Source: Azolla caroliniana
Lineage: Eukaryota; Plantae; Polypodiophyta
Assembly: GCA_043228905.1 (NCBI GenBank)
Contig: JBHGNT010000002.1
Span: 310,001-374,000 of the forward strand
Direction: 5' to 3'
Length of the DNA stretch: 64,000 nt
The position numbers and the translations under genes are program-made. Below, piece after piece: positions 44,063 through 57,027 of this stretch (the first letter of the stretch is position 1; each line of letters starts with the position of its first letter). Below the pieces are notes generated by a model, which saw only the letters and a program-made list of their open reading frames with translations, did no database searches and was not told the DNA's origin.

Positions 44063-45857
44063 ATGAAAGGCGGGGGGGAGGCAAAGGGCGCGGGCAGCAG
44101 CGGCGGTGGCGGTGGCGGTGGCGGCGGCGGCATGGAGTGCATCATGCAGGGCATCATCGAGAGCCAGGTACGAAGAAACGTATCGCAGATCTCTAAAACC
44201 TTCTGATTGCTAGGTTAAAACTCTCTGCTGGAAACCCGCTTTCCTTGCTGAGCTTCTTGCTTCTTGCGTCTTTACACTTCTTAGAGAGTCGAAATACGCG
44301 ACAAGTTACCACATTATATAATTGAGAATCAAGGAAAATGCGTTTTTGTTGTGACGGTATTATGTCAAGTATGTACTCGCTGGAGCTAAAATTCCAGAGA
44401 GGTCAACATCAGAGGTAGAGGACAAGTAAAACAAAACGGTGAAAACTTGGGATCAAGATTGGTCATACGAGGCTTTCATAAAGAACTGCAGGTGTCGTGG
44501 TACCAGCAACAGTAAATTATCCGTAATGTGGAACAGAGTGGCTCAGAAGATGTGGGATAATAGTTCATGAAGTGAGTTAAGCCAGGTTCATACCATTTCT
44601 CCGTCAGGGGGGCCTTTGTAATGTGTTTGGCTTGAAGCATAAGGAAGCATTGCAATCAGTTGCAAGGTTGGATGCTAGCAGAGAGATTCACACCACTTAC
44701 ATTGACACTTATGTGGCTTTGTCTTCACAAGAACATTCAGCTGCATGATTTAAGGCTGGAGAGCACAGATGGGATGCTCTTTAAGACATTTTTATTTTAA
44801 AAAAATGGGGTGGTATCCAAGAATTTTACCAACAAAAAATCATATTAAATTTGGCTTCTCTTACAAACCAAAAAGCATGCTTACTCTGACCATAGCTCTA
44901 TATGCGAGCAATATAAACAGCACGTTCTTAAATGTCTCAGTTATTATTAATGTTTGTATGAACCTTGTTCTAATTTTGTGCTGGATAATGAAGCATGTTG
45001 AAGCACTGGCAGTGCTGTTGCAAGGACTTTGTGGAAGCCATCGTCAAGTCATGAAGGTCCATGAGCTCTGCCTGAAGAGCGGACCTAATTTGGGTCTGTC
45101 AATAAATCATTAACTATATGTGTATGGTTATATTTGATAATATATTATGAAGCACATTGATTACTAATGTCGTATTTGCAGGGCAAGGATCATCTGAAGT
45201 GCATGTTCTTTGTGACCTTTCTGAGAACGATCCTCTTTGGTATATAACAATTCTTGAATACTATTTACTAGAAATATCCATGTTTGATATATGGCAACAT
45301 ATTTTACAATGCATCAGGAGTGTTAGACACATTGGGGGCGCAATGCGTGGTGCAGGGGCTGATCAAATGCCAGCATTGGTGCGTAGTGTTCTGAACTGCA
45401 AAACTAGCAAGAACGCCTTGCGGTTTTTCAAATCTTTGGGCTACAAGTTGGACTATGAGCTGCTTCGTGTAGGTTTTAAATTTCAGTTTCAGAAAGTGGT
45501 ACCTATCATGATATCAGTGTCTTCAATCTGTAAGATGCCAAAGTTGCATGCAATTGATGAGGCTATGCCTATCAGCATGGGGCTGCAGCTAGTTGAGATC
45601 GCAGCTTCTGCTTCTGCTGATAACTACACTGAAGTGGCTACAGCAGTTGCATCATTTGCTGAACATTTGGCCCCGTAAGTCGTTCTACTTTAAACTCTGC
45701 ATTTATGTGCTTCCCATAGAATTGTAGATATCTTATGCCTTTAACTCCCTGATGCAGTCTTTTGCATTTATCTAAGCCTGGAGTCATCACTGGTGTTGTT
45801 CCTACTGCTTCATCTGCGGCTGCTTCATTGACATCAAGGACATCAAAGATGCCTTGA
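44063..45857 (+). CDS. MED18: Mediator of RNA polymerase II transcription subunit 18
   Basis: Exons 44063 (or 44132)-44167, 44994-45093, 45182-45239, 45318-45674, 45758-45857, all GT-AG and in phase. MECIMQGIIESQHVEAL..HELCLKSGPNLG..GGAMRGAGADQ..LHLSKPG matches plant MED18. Confidence 0.93.
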
Positions 45858-46746
45858 TGCAATGATTGGAAAGTCGTAAGGATTGTTGGCACCGTAATAT
45901 GGAAAATTGGGGCAGCCTCATAATGCAAATCGTAGTTCTTGTATGACAAAAGTATAATTGCTTGATATAAACGAATGTTTTCCAAGATAATAATGGATTT
46001 CCTATCAATGGATATTTTGGAAGTATGCAGCTGCCATGGAGGACAAAATGACAATCATTTCACATACACATAATCACAAAACCTCTTTCAAATATCTTGA
46101 CTAGCCTGGAGTTCACTTGGCTGTTTTGATCATTTACAGCTTCAAGTTTTGAACAATGAGTATTGCAAAAGTTCTGTAAAAACTTTGGATACATGTGCCT
46201 TTTCATGTGATTGATGTATAGAAACCAGCCACGTGATGTAATTGCATCACTATCCAAGGGAATAGCTGTAGCTTGATAATCCCACAATTCTAAGCGTAAC
46301 ATTTCGCTTGTACTATAGCAGTGGCTTTTGCATAAAGCATGAAATTCTTCTCATGCCACAGCATTCACAGCATTTTGGTTTACACATTTCAGGTAGATTA
46401 ATTCATGGATGAAATTTTGGTAAAGCCATCCAATGATTGAATAGGTCTCTGAATGCAGCAGTTTCTTGCACACAAAGCATAAAATTCTTCTTGTGCCACA
46501 ACATTTAGGTTTAAAGATTTCAGACAGATTAATTCGTCTATGAAATTTTGATAGAGAGCTGTACTTTTATTGACTTCTGTGTCAATGGGTTTCTGAATTT
46601 GTCATTAAATTTTATCCCTATTATGCCTTCATCAATTTCTTTGGTGAATGTATACCAGTTTTTCCACCTATCTATTGATGCTGACCGGTGATGTTGCTAC
46701 TTGTACTAATAGCAGATTGACCCATGTATGCGATGTTGGGAGACTA

Positions 46747-46925
46747 GGTCTTGAGTCCAAATACTTACTAAAATAAAATGCCCTGCCTCAACTATAAAGG
46801 ACTCGTGAAAGAACTTTTGACAATCCAATGGTCCCAACTTGGTCTTGAGTCCAAATACTTGCTTAAATAAAATGCCCTGCCTATAACTATAAAGGACTTG
46901 TGGAAGAACTTTTGACAATCCAATG
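46747..46925. repeat. Two-copy tandem duplication, period 94 bp
   Basis: GGTCTTGAGTCCAAATACTT..CTTTTGACAATCCAATG at 46747 and 46841. Confidence 0.9.
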
Positions 46926-48459
46926 ATTGCACCATAGATGCTTTGATAGTAACAATCATAGTTTAGTATACTAAACTTTTCAAAATATATTGATAGAAAT
47001 AAAAGAATATATGGTCTCCAATATGCCAGATGCCAACTAGCTGAGTCTAAAGAAGTATAGAAGAGTACCCAAGTGGAACTCCAACACCTTGAAGAAGAGT
47101 TATGCCCACACCACCGGATTGGAAGATGAGAAGTTACAATCCAGAGGTGATTTTCAAGAAGAATTTAAAGTTTGAAAATGAGCACAATGCGTATTGTGAA
47201 GAACACATGGTAGAATTAGGGATTAGGCTTTGCTATGTCAATGGAACTTACATAGACTCACTTGCAAAAGGTCATACACAAAGAAGTCCAAGAGCTCCAT
47301 GCATGATACAACATGCTTGCCACCAACCTGAAACTTTCCTCAAACTAGTACAAGTGAATTAGAAAGTTTGAGGTTCAAGAGAAGTAGAAAGTTGTGACAA
47401 TGGAAGCAAAGCTTAAAGTATTCAAGATCCAAGCATAGCCATTTGAGTTAAAGGTCCTCATAACTATGATAGAATCAACACTAGAAGCATTACAAGCTTG
47501 AATATGGAACATATTATTCCACCAAAAGGAGGCAACATATACAAGCTAGGAGATGCCTCATGCCTCATTTAAAACCAAACTCTCGGTTTTGCTTTGTATC
47601 TCAAAAAACATCTTGGAACAAGATAAGAATATCTTGTAGAGTTTGTTTGTCACATAAGAAGTGTCAGCATCATATCATCACCCATTTAATGTCCAAAGTT
47701 TGTAGAAGTGGGTTCAATGGAGAATCACCAACTAACATCATTCATGTTATACCCTAGAGACACTAAAGATGGTTTGCTTAAAGCTAAAGACTTGTTTCCA
47801 TCCATTATTCCTCTTCTATGAGTGACATTTGATACAGACGACCATCATGACAATAAGGGACATGGCATATCATGTCTACTTCACTTGCCTTGCTAATCTT
47901 TGCATGAACATCGACATGGAGGCCCTTACATTGCTCTTCACCATACTCCATGTCTTGGCACACTAGCTCATATTTGACATGCATAGTAGTGAAGCCAAGC
48001 ACACCCTCTACATGGGTTTGTTTGGTCTGACATCTTGGAAAACAATGTGAAGTGAAAGCTACTCAATTGGAACGTTCATAATTGATAACGGTTATTTGAA
48101 TTGGCTAGTCAAGTTGGAAGAAGAAGATGGGCACCAACTTTTCGGACTACAAAGAGACAACAATGCCATATACCAACATGTCTTTTAGAGAGGCATATGT
48201 AAGGGTCATTCCACTCACAATTCCCCCTACCTTAACACCAATTGGAAACCCTAATTGATTTCTATTCTTCCCATTCCCACACCACCACATGAATTTCCTA
48301 GTCATAACTCACTACCTTAATGTTGCCATGACACCTATGGGTTTCCCCACACACACACACTGCCCATCCTTGCATATCCTCGAAACACTCACATGTCAAT
48401 TTGTCGCCAACATGCCATCATATTTCCCCTCCTTAGAATTGACAAGGAAAAACACTATC

Positions 48460-48815
48460 TTGTTATTTTGTTATTTTAAAAGAGGTTTTGGCATAGTACC
48501 ATGATTTTATGCGCAAGTTAAACGCTAGCTAAAATAGGCAATGGATTCTCAAAATAACTTTTAAGTAACCTAGGGGTTGAACAAGGGTGTCCTCCATCAC
48601 CTACACTCTTGTATGTGTTGATAAATTGGAGAATAAGGTTACAAGAGAAGAACAATTAGATGCTCCAAACCGTATACAACAAGTTGTCTTATTGCTTTTA
48701 TATGTGAATGATGTGGTCTCTTTTCATATGATGTTGATGGTATGCAACATTTACTCCGAGCATATTGCAAACGTAGTGGACTAATTGTGAATGTGGATAA
48801 AATAAAATGATGGCG
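48460..48815 (+). mobile_element. Highly decayed non-LTR (LINE) reverse transcriptase remnant
   Basis: Ordered motifs FKRGFGIVP (cf. FKKAFDTVP), GVEQGCPPSPTL (cf. GVKQGCPLSPTL), LLLYVNDVV (cf. LLYADDVV), GLIVNVDK. Confidence 0.7.
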
Positions 48816-48949
48816 GTGTGCATCATACGAATCAAAATATGTTTTTCAAGAGACAATTGGGAGTTAAATCCACTACCTCCTACTACATAAAATTTGGTGC
48901 TTTTTCAGTCTTCTTCTTCATTCTCATAACCAAGGCTAGACTCTCTCTC

Positions 48950-49100
48950 AATTTATTTAATTTAATTTAATTGTAATTAATTTACCCTAGTGTTAACATA
49001 TCACTTAATCAAGTAGATGGCATTGTGGAATGTAGGGTTGAACCAAGGACCTCCCGGTATTCGTTGGGCACCTTACCAATTGAGCTATCTCCATCTAGGC
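48950..49100 (-). mobile_element. tRNA-derived SINE-like element
   Basis: Minus strand: A box TAGCTCAATTGG (49087-49076), AGGTC, B box GGTTCAACCCT (49044-49034), then an A/T-rich tail; no full cloverleaf. Confidence 0.6.
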
Positions 49101-50192
49101 AACTTCTCTCTTTGTCTTAAGATTTTGCTTAATGTTAAGTGTTTCACTCCAAGCCTTACAATAATCCTCTTGGGTGTGTGGGTTACCAACAATGTTCACT
49201 TGTGTGTGATTTTGTATGTTGTCAACCTCCTTGACATCCTAAATATGCGATTGTGTAAAGTTAACCAAGAGCTTTATGACATTTGTCCCTCGGAGCTACC
49301 AAGAAAGTAGATACAAAAGAATGAATGTAGGAAAAGTTTAAAAAATGGCATTCTTATTACATACAAAAAATTGAAGTAATGGCATAGTGATTTACCTATT
49401 TGCGGAATGCAACTATTTTTTTTGTAAGGCTCGAATTGCTTTAGAGTAGCTTCACATGGTTAAGTACCTTAAAAAAAATCACCATGCTTGCTTGCTTGTC
49501 CATTGCGAATTAATAATTCATGCATTTCCTATATTAGCTTGACTAATTATGATGTACCAAATGGTATCTCATAAACGAAATATGAATCTCAATATAACTC
49601 TTGTTGAAGGTCATTCTTCATTGCCTAAGGTGAAGAAAGCTACATCGTTAGTTCATCAAATAATGGTGAATCATGACCTGATTAAGTAGGAGAGATGAAG
49701 GCAACTCAGAAGCTAATGATGAAATGATACGGGATTCATGACCCATCGAATTAAGAAGCGATGAATTGGATTGCTACAGTGCAAATTCATTCATATTCCG
49801 GATTTGATGGATTCTCTAGTATCTACGTAAGTATGTAAACTCGAGTTTGTTGGTATGCAGTCTTGTGACATAATAAGCAAGAAGAAGATGGGTTTGTTGA
49901 GGCAAAACAAGTAAGGGAATATGTACATACATGATACATACATAAAAAAAGCTGAAGACATTAATTATTGTTGCTATTGTTTGTCGTCGTCAAATGCAAG
50001 CTCTCTCTCTTGATTTCATTTCATTTGATGGGGGCACTCCCTCCATCCTCTCCTCTCCTCAATCGAAAGCTTATCTTTCTTTAGACTATATGGATGTATG
50101 AATCATCATGAATCATCTCTCGGTAGGCACTACTGAATTCATTTGGGTAGAGAGCGAGAGAGAGAGACAGAGAGAGACAGAGCCAGCATATC

Positions 50193-53100
50193 ATGTCGTC
50201 GTCGTCGTCGTTGTTTCTGGGGTCTCATCCAACTTCCTCCTTCTCTCCTTCTTCTCTGCCTTCTTCTCTGCCTTCTTCTTCTTCATCCTTGCGCCACACA
50301 TATCCTTCTCGCCACTTCATCCTTCTTTCACAACCACCCACATTCTTCTTTCCTCTTCTCTCTCATCCTCAGCAGCAGCAGCAGCAGCAGCCTATGAAAC
50401 CAACTGCTGCTGCTGCACTTACATCTACTGCTTCTGCTTTCTTTGCTCTCAACTCAGAACAACGCCGCCGCCTCCTCCTCCTCACCGTACCCTGTGGCTC
50501 AAAGAAGAGCGGCAAAATGGGTACAGCAGCAGCAGGAGGAGGAGGAGGAGGAGGAATAGAGTGGAGAAAGAAATCTGAAGGCACCCATACCCAATCCACC
50601 CGTCCATCATCGTCTACACCACCACCACCAGCAGCGAACAGGGTATCAAATGGGAGCAAGAATATGCAGAGGAACCTGCGCCCGGGAGAAGGCATCCCTG
50701 GCAAAAGAGGCAACGGCACGAATAGCAGGAGGATCTCAGAGGTTGACTCTGACAAAATCAAAGGGAAAAAAGGCACTACATTTGAGGATGGAAGAACCCC
50801 TGAGCCATCAAAGAGAATAAAACCCCCCAAGGTAAAGGAGCAAGTAAAGATTCTGTCGCCACTCAGCAAAAACCCCAATGTGGCCATCCTTGGTGGTGGA
50901 ATGTCCGGCATCATGTGTGCACTTGCTCTTCAAGAGAGAGGAATCCGTTCCACGGTCTTCGACACTGTAAGTACCCCCATTATGGTTTTATGATGGTGAT
51001 GTTGACTTTTCAACAGGGAACAACAATCAGTTTGGAACTACAAATAGGAGATCCAATTGTTGGAAATCAGTAATAAGAAAGAAATGATAATAACATATTA
51101 ATGTGCAGGCTGGGGAGAGAAACGTCAAAATCTTCCCTTGAGGCAAATTATGATTATAAATATGGAAAACTCATGTTATCCATACTGAAACAAAGATAAA
51201 GACTATATGTTTTCTTTTCAAAGATGATAATTGATTCACTGGAATGATTCTAGAGATGGTTCACAAGCAAGAAGTGCATAACTAATATGTATGAATGTAT
51301 GTATGTATGTATGTATGTATGTATGTATAGGTCGAGTAGTTGTGAGGGACATGGTATCTGAGGTTGGTTGGTGTGGTGGATCAGGACGATGATGTCCATA
51401 GTCCAGTCATCTAGTACATCAGGGAGTTTTGAATCTAGGTGTATGCTATATGGGTTAATAAAAGATATGGGTTACAGCTAGGGTATATCCCCAATATGAT
51501 AAAAACAAAGGCATTCAAATCTTGTTTTCTGTATGCATGCACAGGGAAAACATGGTCTAGGAGGTCGCATGGGTACCCGTCATATTGCCCAACTTAATGG
51601 TTCTCCTCCATTGGTCTTTGAACATGGAGCACAATATTTCACAGCAACTGACCCCAGTTTTAAAAAACTTGTCAATCAATGGCTTGATGAAGGTGCTGTT
51701 AGAGAATGGAATGGAGTTGTTGGGACATTGGAAAAGGGTGGGAATTTCACAGAATCTCAACCCTGTACGAAGTATATTGCGACAAATGGGATGCGTCTTC
51801 TAGCAGATCATCTTCTATCAAAGGTGAGGAGGTTTTCATGAGATTTCTTAAAAGAAGTGTAGGCTCTTTTAGGAGGTAAATGTTTTCCTAGTGCTAGATT
51901 ATGGAATTAGAAATTTTTTAAGATAACTAACTTTAGAACCTGAGAGTGAACTTCAACTTTGGATTTTGATCTGCAAATGGTAAGCTATAAATTTTCTCTG
52001 CTTCGATCAGATTCAGATAGCATAGCATGAATAATATGTTCTTTGGCTTGGCCCATTAACCTTTGTGTTCTGATCATTGTATTTTTCATTTTAGCTTATG
52101 TCTGAAATATTACCTCCTTATATTTCCACTATGGTATATTGATAAGAACTTCAGGAATCAAGCACAAACTGCGAGATTTTGTTGCAGGCTACTTCATTGA
52201 TGAATTACAATGAATATGAAATTGATTTGATTAATTTGTGGTACAGAGACAATTGATTGAAGTACGGAGACCTTGTTGGATAAGTAAAATGCTTGAATCT
52301 GGTGGTATGTGGCACCTCTTTGAGAATGAGAAAGATCATGGAGATTACGACATCGTTATTATTGCTCATAATGGTGCGTGTGGTAATTCATGATGCTGCT
52401 TATTGACAATGTTTTCACCATCTGAAGTAGTATTTCTGGTATTGCTGAAGCATTTTTGCATTTTGCAGATAAATCTTCATAATTTATGGTGGATACTAAT
52501 ATAAATAGAACAAAACTATTTATTATTTTAAGACTTCAAACTCTACACTTGTTTTGGCATTGTATAACCTAATATTTAAAGCTATTAAAATGCTCATTTA
52601 CTGCTCTAGGTAAATGTGCAAATCGCCTTCTTGGACCAGTTGGGGTTCCTTTAGTTGCCAAACAGATGAAGGTATTCAGAAAGATGGTTATCAGTGTATT
52701 GAATTTTAGGAACATCTGAAGTTTGAAGATAGATTAAAGATAAGCAAGACAATACATTATAGTACCATGTAATGCAGTTCGACTTACTTGTGAATGTATT
52801 TGATCAATTATGCATGAATCTATAAGATATAGAAAGTGGATGGGAGAATTTTTTTTTCTAAAACAATATGTTAGTTGGAAAACATATGTTTTCATTAAGC
52901 TAAACATCATAATAAAAATATTCATAATGTGTAAAAAGCGCTAGCTATCCATCTAAAATATAGACAGTTAAAATAGATTTTCGAACTAGTTAGGCAGTAA
53001 ATAGGTATATAGATAGATAAATAAATCAAAAGATCTATAGATAGATAATATGTGGCTTAGGTAATGTCTTACCTTTGAGTTATTGAACTGGATTCCCATT

Positions 53101-54075
53101 CCCATTATTTCAGAGGCTCGAGCTTAGTTCAATATGGGCTCTGATGGCAGCCTTTGAGAAGCCCTTGCCTTCTGTCATCTCAGGGAATAGGAACATTCAA
53201 CTGGGCGGTGCTTTTGTCAAAGGAATTGATGCCGTTTCTTGGATAGGAAATAACACAGCTAAGTTGAATCCTTCTGAGATGAATGGCCCATATTGCTGGA
53301 CGTTCTTTAGCACTGCGGCATATGGCAAAAAGAATAAAGTTCCCCAAGTAATACTCAAGTTACAATTAAGAATTTAGGAAGCTATCTAACTTCATATCTC
53401 AGTGCCAAGTGTTGATCTTATGCCTTAATATCAAAATAACCTGCAGGAAAGCATCCCAACTGCACGAGCAGAAAGAGTCAAAAGGGAAATGCTTCGGGGT
53501 GTTGAAATGGCTTTTGGGCTTGAAGAAGGGTCATTGCCCACACCATTATTTATGAGAGTCCAGCTCTGGTTCTGTCTTATGACTGTCTCTTATCATATAT
53601 ATAATATCCCATGTTATTCTATTTTTATAGCAGTGTCTATCTTAATATTCCTTCTAATTCCTAAAGGTTTTATGGGCAGGGGTGCAGCACTTCCAGTTAA
53701 TACACCAAATATTCCATGCATTTTTGATGCAAATGGGCGCGTAGGAATTTGTGGAGACTGGCTTCTTGGTTCTAATCTACAAGCTGCTGCATTAAGTGGC
53801 ATGGCGATGGCTAATCATGTATGTCTTATCTTGGAATGATTCCACAAAGTACAGCCATTTAGATGCATGAGATAATCACATTTAATGTGATCCATTTATG
53901 ATATAGACTGCATTTGTTGCAGATTTCAATGTTCTCTGAAAGAAGTGGCTTAAATCCTGATGGGTTCAATATTGGATTGGAGGAGTGGTTATCACCGATC
54001 GGTGGCCATGATATAGGAGAATTTGCTGGGTTAGAATTAACAGGAGAACCAGTTCGAAAGCTTCAGGCTGTGTAG
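50193..54075 (+). CDS. FAD/NAD(P)-binding oxidoreductase, renalase/amine-oxidase-like, probable plastid transit peptide
   Basis: Exons 50193-50966, 51545-51823, 52247-52373, 52610-52671, 53114-53347, 53447-53568, 53680-53818, 53923-54075, in phase. VAILGGGMSG, GLGGRMGTR, FEHGAQYF, WGAALP, ICGDWLLGS; Ser-rich N-terminus. Confidence 0.9.
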
Positions 54076-57027
54076 GGTATTCCCTACTTGTATCGAGGAC
54101 ACCTCTATCTATTTAAAAGTGGTTTTGCTACTGGCAGATATATAGCAGTGTATGTTGGACTCTATTTGGCTTCATGTCGGACAGAAATTCACAGCAAAAA
54201 ACAGCCTAATCATGAACGCCGTAGTCATACAAGCAATAGCTGGAGGGTTGTGTGACCAGAAGCTTTTATCTTATGGCTATAAGCTTGTGATGATTGATGA
54301 ACTCTTTAGAAAATCAAGTCTGCCTCGAATCTAGAATGATGAAGACAAAGCACATCAGAGATTGTACTCATTGGATTCTGGTCAAAGTTTCAATCAAACA
54401 AGTAATTGATGAGGTTGATTGAATCCACACACTAATTCCTGAAAGATTATTAGTTATTAGGGCCAAGTAAGGCCACCAAGTATTAGTCTAGGATCTCCTT
54501 AGTGCAATGTGTCATGGCACTGATGACAAAAGAAGCTACAGTCAATGGCTGTGGTGAACTTTGATTTATTCTATCTGGGATAATGAAATTTTGGTGTGCA
54601 TGCTTGCTCATTTGAGCCCTCGTTTTCTGAGGCATTAGCTGTTGCTAATGTATCTATTTATGTAAAACCATTATATTGAAGTTAATGAAAAGCTTCTTCT
54701 CTATAAAGTTTTAGTTTTGATTTTAGATGTCTCTATGGAGTGGAACATATTTTCGAAATTCTCTATGGAGTGAGAATTAGGGTATTGAAAAGCTAAATGA
54801 AGTCACTGATGTCTCTTTTGATGCAACTCTCAAAATATAGCTTTGGAGCTAATGGAGTAGATTTTTGCCGACTTTTCTACAACCTCAGCGGAATGTGCCT
54901 TGGAGGCTTTGCATGTGAGTTTTAATTGCTCAAGAAGGCTTGGAAAATTGATTATATTTTTAGGGTTTGGAGGGTGATTTTTAGCGAAAAAAAAGGTTTT
55001 GCTGAATTCTTTGTGTGATAATTATATAGCCTCTTGTGCATGAAACCAAGCCTTAATGGTCCAAAAGAGGTGTTTCTTTGTTTATATAAGATTTGCTATG
55101 TTGGTAGGTGTATCATTGTTAACTAAAGAATTTGCAAACAATGGAAAACTAGAGAACATATATGGAGGTTATTTGATTTGGTAACAAACTCCACAAATAC
55201 TACATTTTTCTGATTGTGTTGCTTTAAAAGATGGTTTCAACCATCAAGCATGAGAAGCATATATGCATGTCCTATTTATCTATCAAAAGGAAATAAGAGC
55301 CTATGGAGTCTTGCAAAGTATAACACAAAGCAAACCCCAATATAAGAAAGGAATATTTTAAGACCTCTATTACTTACATAAATCCAGCTCAACCTTCTTT
55401 GCATGAACAACATTAACAATTGGCAATGGTTCGGTTTGAGGGTGTCAAAACCAAACAGTTTAACGTTTTTGAAACTTGAACCGAACCATGAAACCATTTA
55501 AACCAAAACTGTAGAAATTGCTTTGAAAACTCTAGTATTGACAACTGAGGGTGACCTAAAAGAGCAATTTCTCTGTCATGCCATTTCAGCACTTCGGTGA
55601 CCAGGTCCTCAACATGGACCACATCTAGGCATGTTAGGCTCTCGTCATGATAAACCTAATATGCCACCCACTGACGAAAGTTGGTTGTGAAATATGGTGC
55701 AATGTAGTATGTACTTAGGTTGTCAGTCAGTATGCCATTGGTGGCCCATGTCACTCCTGCACACACACCATTGAGTGAACTTGTTGGCCAAAACTACCCC
55801 CAACTTTCATTGCGTAGAACATGTCAACGATCCCAAATGCCCTTAGTCAAACTCGAAAAGAGCATATATTTGCTTAAATAACAACACATGAGGAAGAGGT
55901 GATGCACGTCAATGTGGTATCATAATCATATAATGTGAAATTCGAATGATGAAGATAAATTTGCCATGCCCACACGCTTGGAATAATCATAATAATGCTA
56001 ACCTTCTTTCTTAGCCTCTAGGCTCTGAATAAACTCTAGTGATGTATGTATGTACATATTTGAATTTTGTTTTTGGCAATTACATATGTACATAATATAC
56101 ATACTGATACATACATACATACATACATACGTATACACGTAGGTTGATTACCGATTCCTTCATATTTTGTGTTCTTTAGAACGCAACTAAAGGGTCGAAA
56201 AGTGTTCCAACAACAAAAACACCCGCACACAGCCACACGCAGAGAAGACAAAGATAGAAGAGACAGACACAGACACAGAGACAAAGACAGAGAGTAGCAT
56301 AATAACAGGAGGCATCATTCCTCACGCCACAGGCGCGAACGGGAGCGGCGGATTCAATTCTTTTTTCTGTCAAATCGCCATGGCTTCCTTCTTCTTACAA
56401 GGAAAACCAGATAGGTTCCAAGTTTCGATTTCAGAAGCAGAAAGAGAACAGAACGTAGAGAGACAGAGATAGATAGGGTAGATAGATAGCGAGTGTCAGT
56501 CGTGATGTTTTCGTCTTTCTGTTTTCTTCAAGCCCGATCACATCTTACCCTCTCTTATATGGGTCCAATATACATCTCCGACCGAAGATTGCCTACCTTG
56601 TTGGCTGTCAACGTGATCTTTATATGTTCACATCATTGATGATGATGTGGCATGATGGTGATGATAATGTGATGCCATATGCCAAGGATTGAGATCGCAT
56701 AGCCTTCTTATGTAGACGGGCTTCTTTTGTCATCCAAAATGCTTCCAACAAGCCCATAAATAACTGGCAAAGAAGAGGTAAGTGCCTATCTTTTTCTTTC
56801 TCATCTTCAGCATATCTTGCAACATTGCTTGTTGTCCCTTTGAAATTCAATGGCCTGAGTGAGCCTTGTCTTTTCGAGACGTGTAAGTTCGCATATTGAG
56901 AACAATATGATGATCAACACATATTTATTTAATAAAGCACTTACATCTTTTTGGAACAACATGGTTGACATTTAATCTTATTTAGAACATGTCGGAATAC
57001 AATAGCTTGGTATCAGATTGAACCAGT

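Noticed and set aside
47000-48235. Possible old minus-strand LTR after a PPT-like AGGTAGGGGGAAT-TG near 48220
   Set aside because: No second LTR, TSD or coding motif could be identified.
50108-50914. Overlapping alternative ORFs (156, 84 and 181 aa) at the oxidoreductase 5' end
   Set aside because: Trinucleotide-repeat-rich alternative frames of the real first exon.
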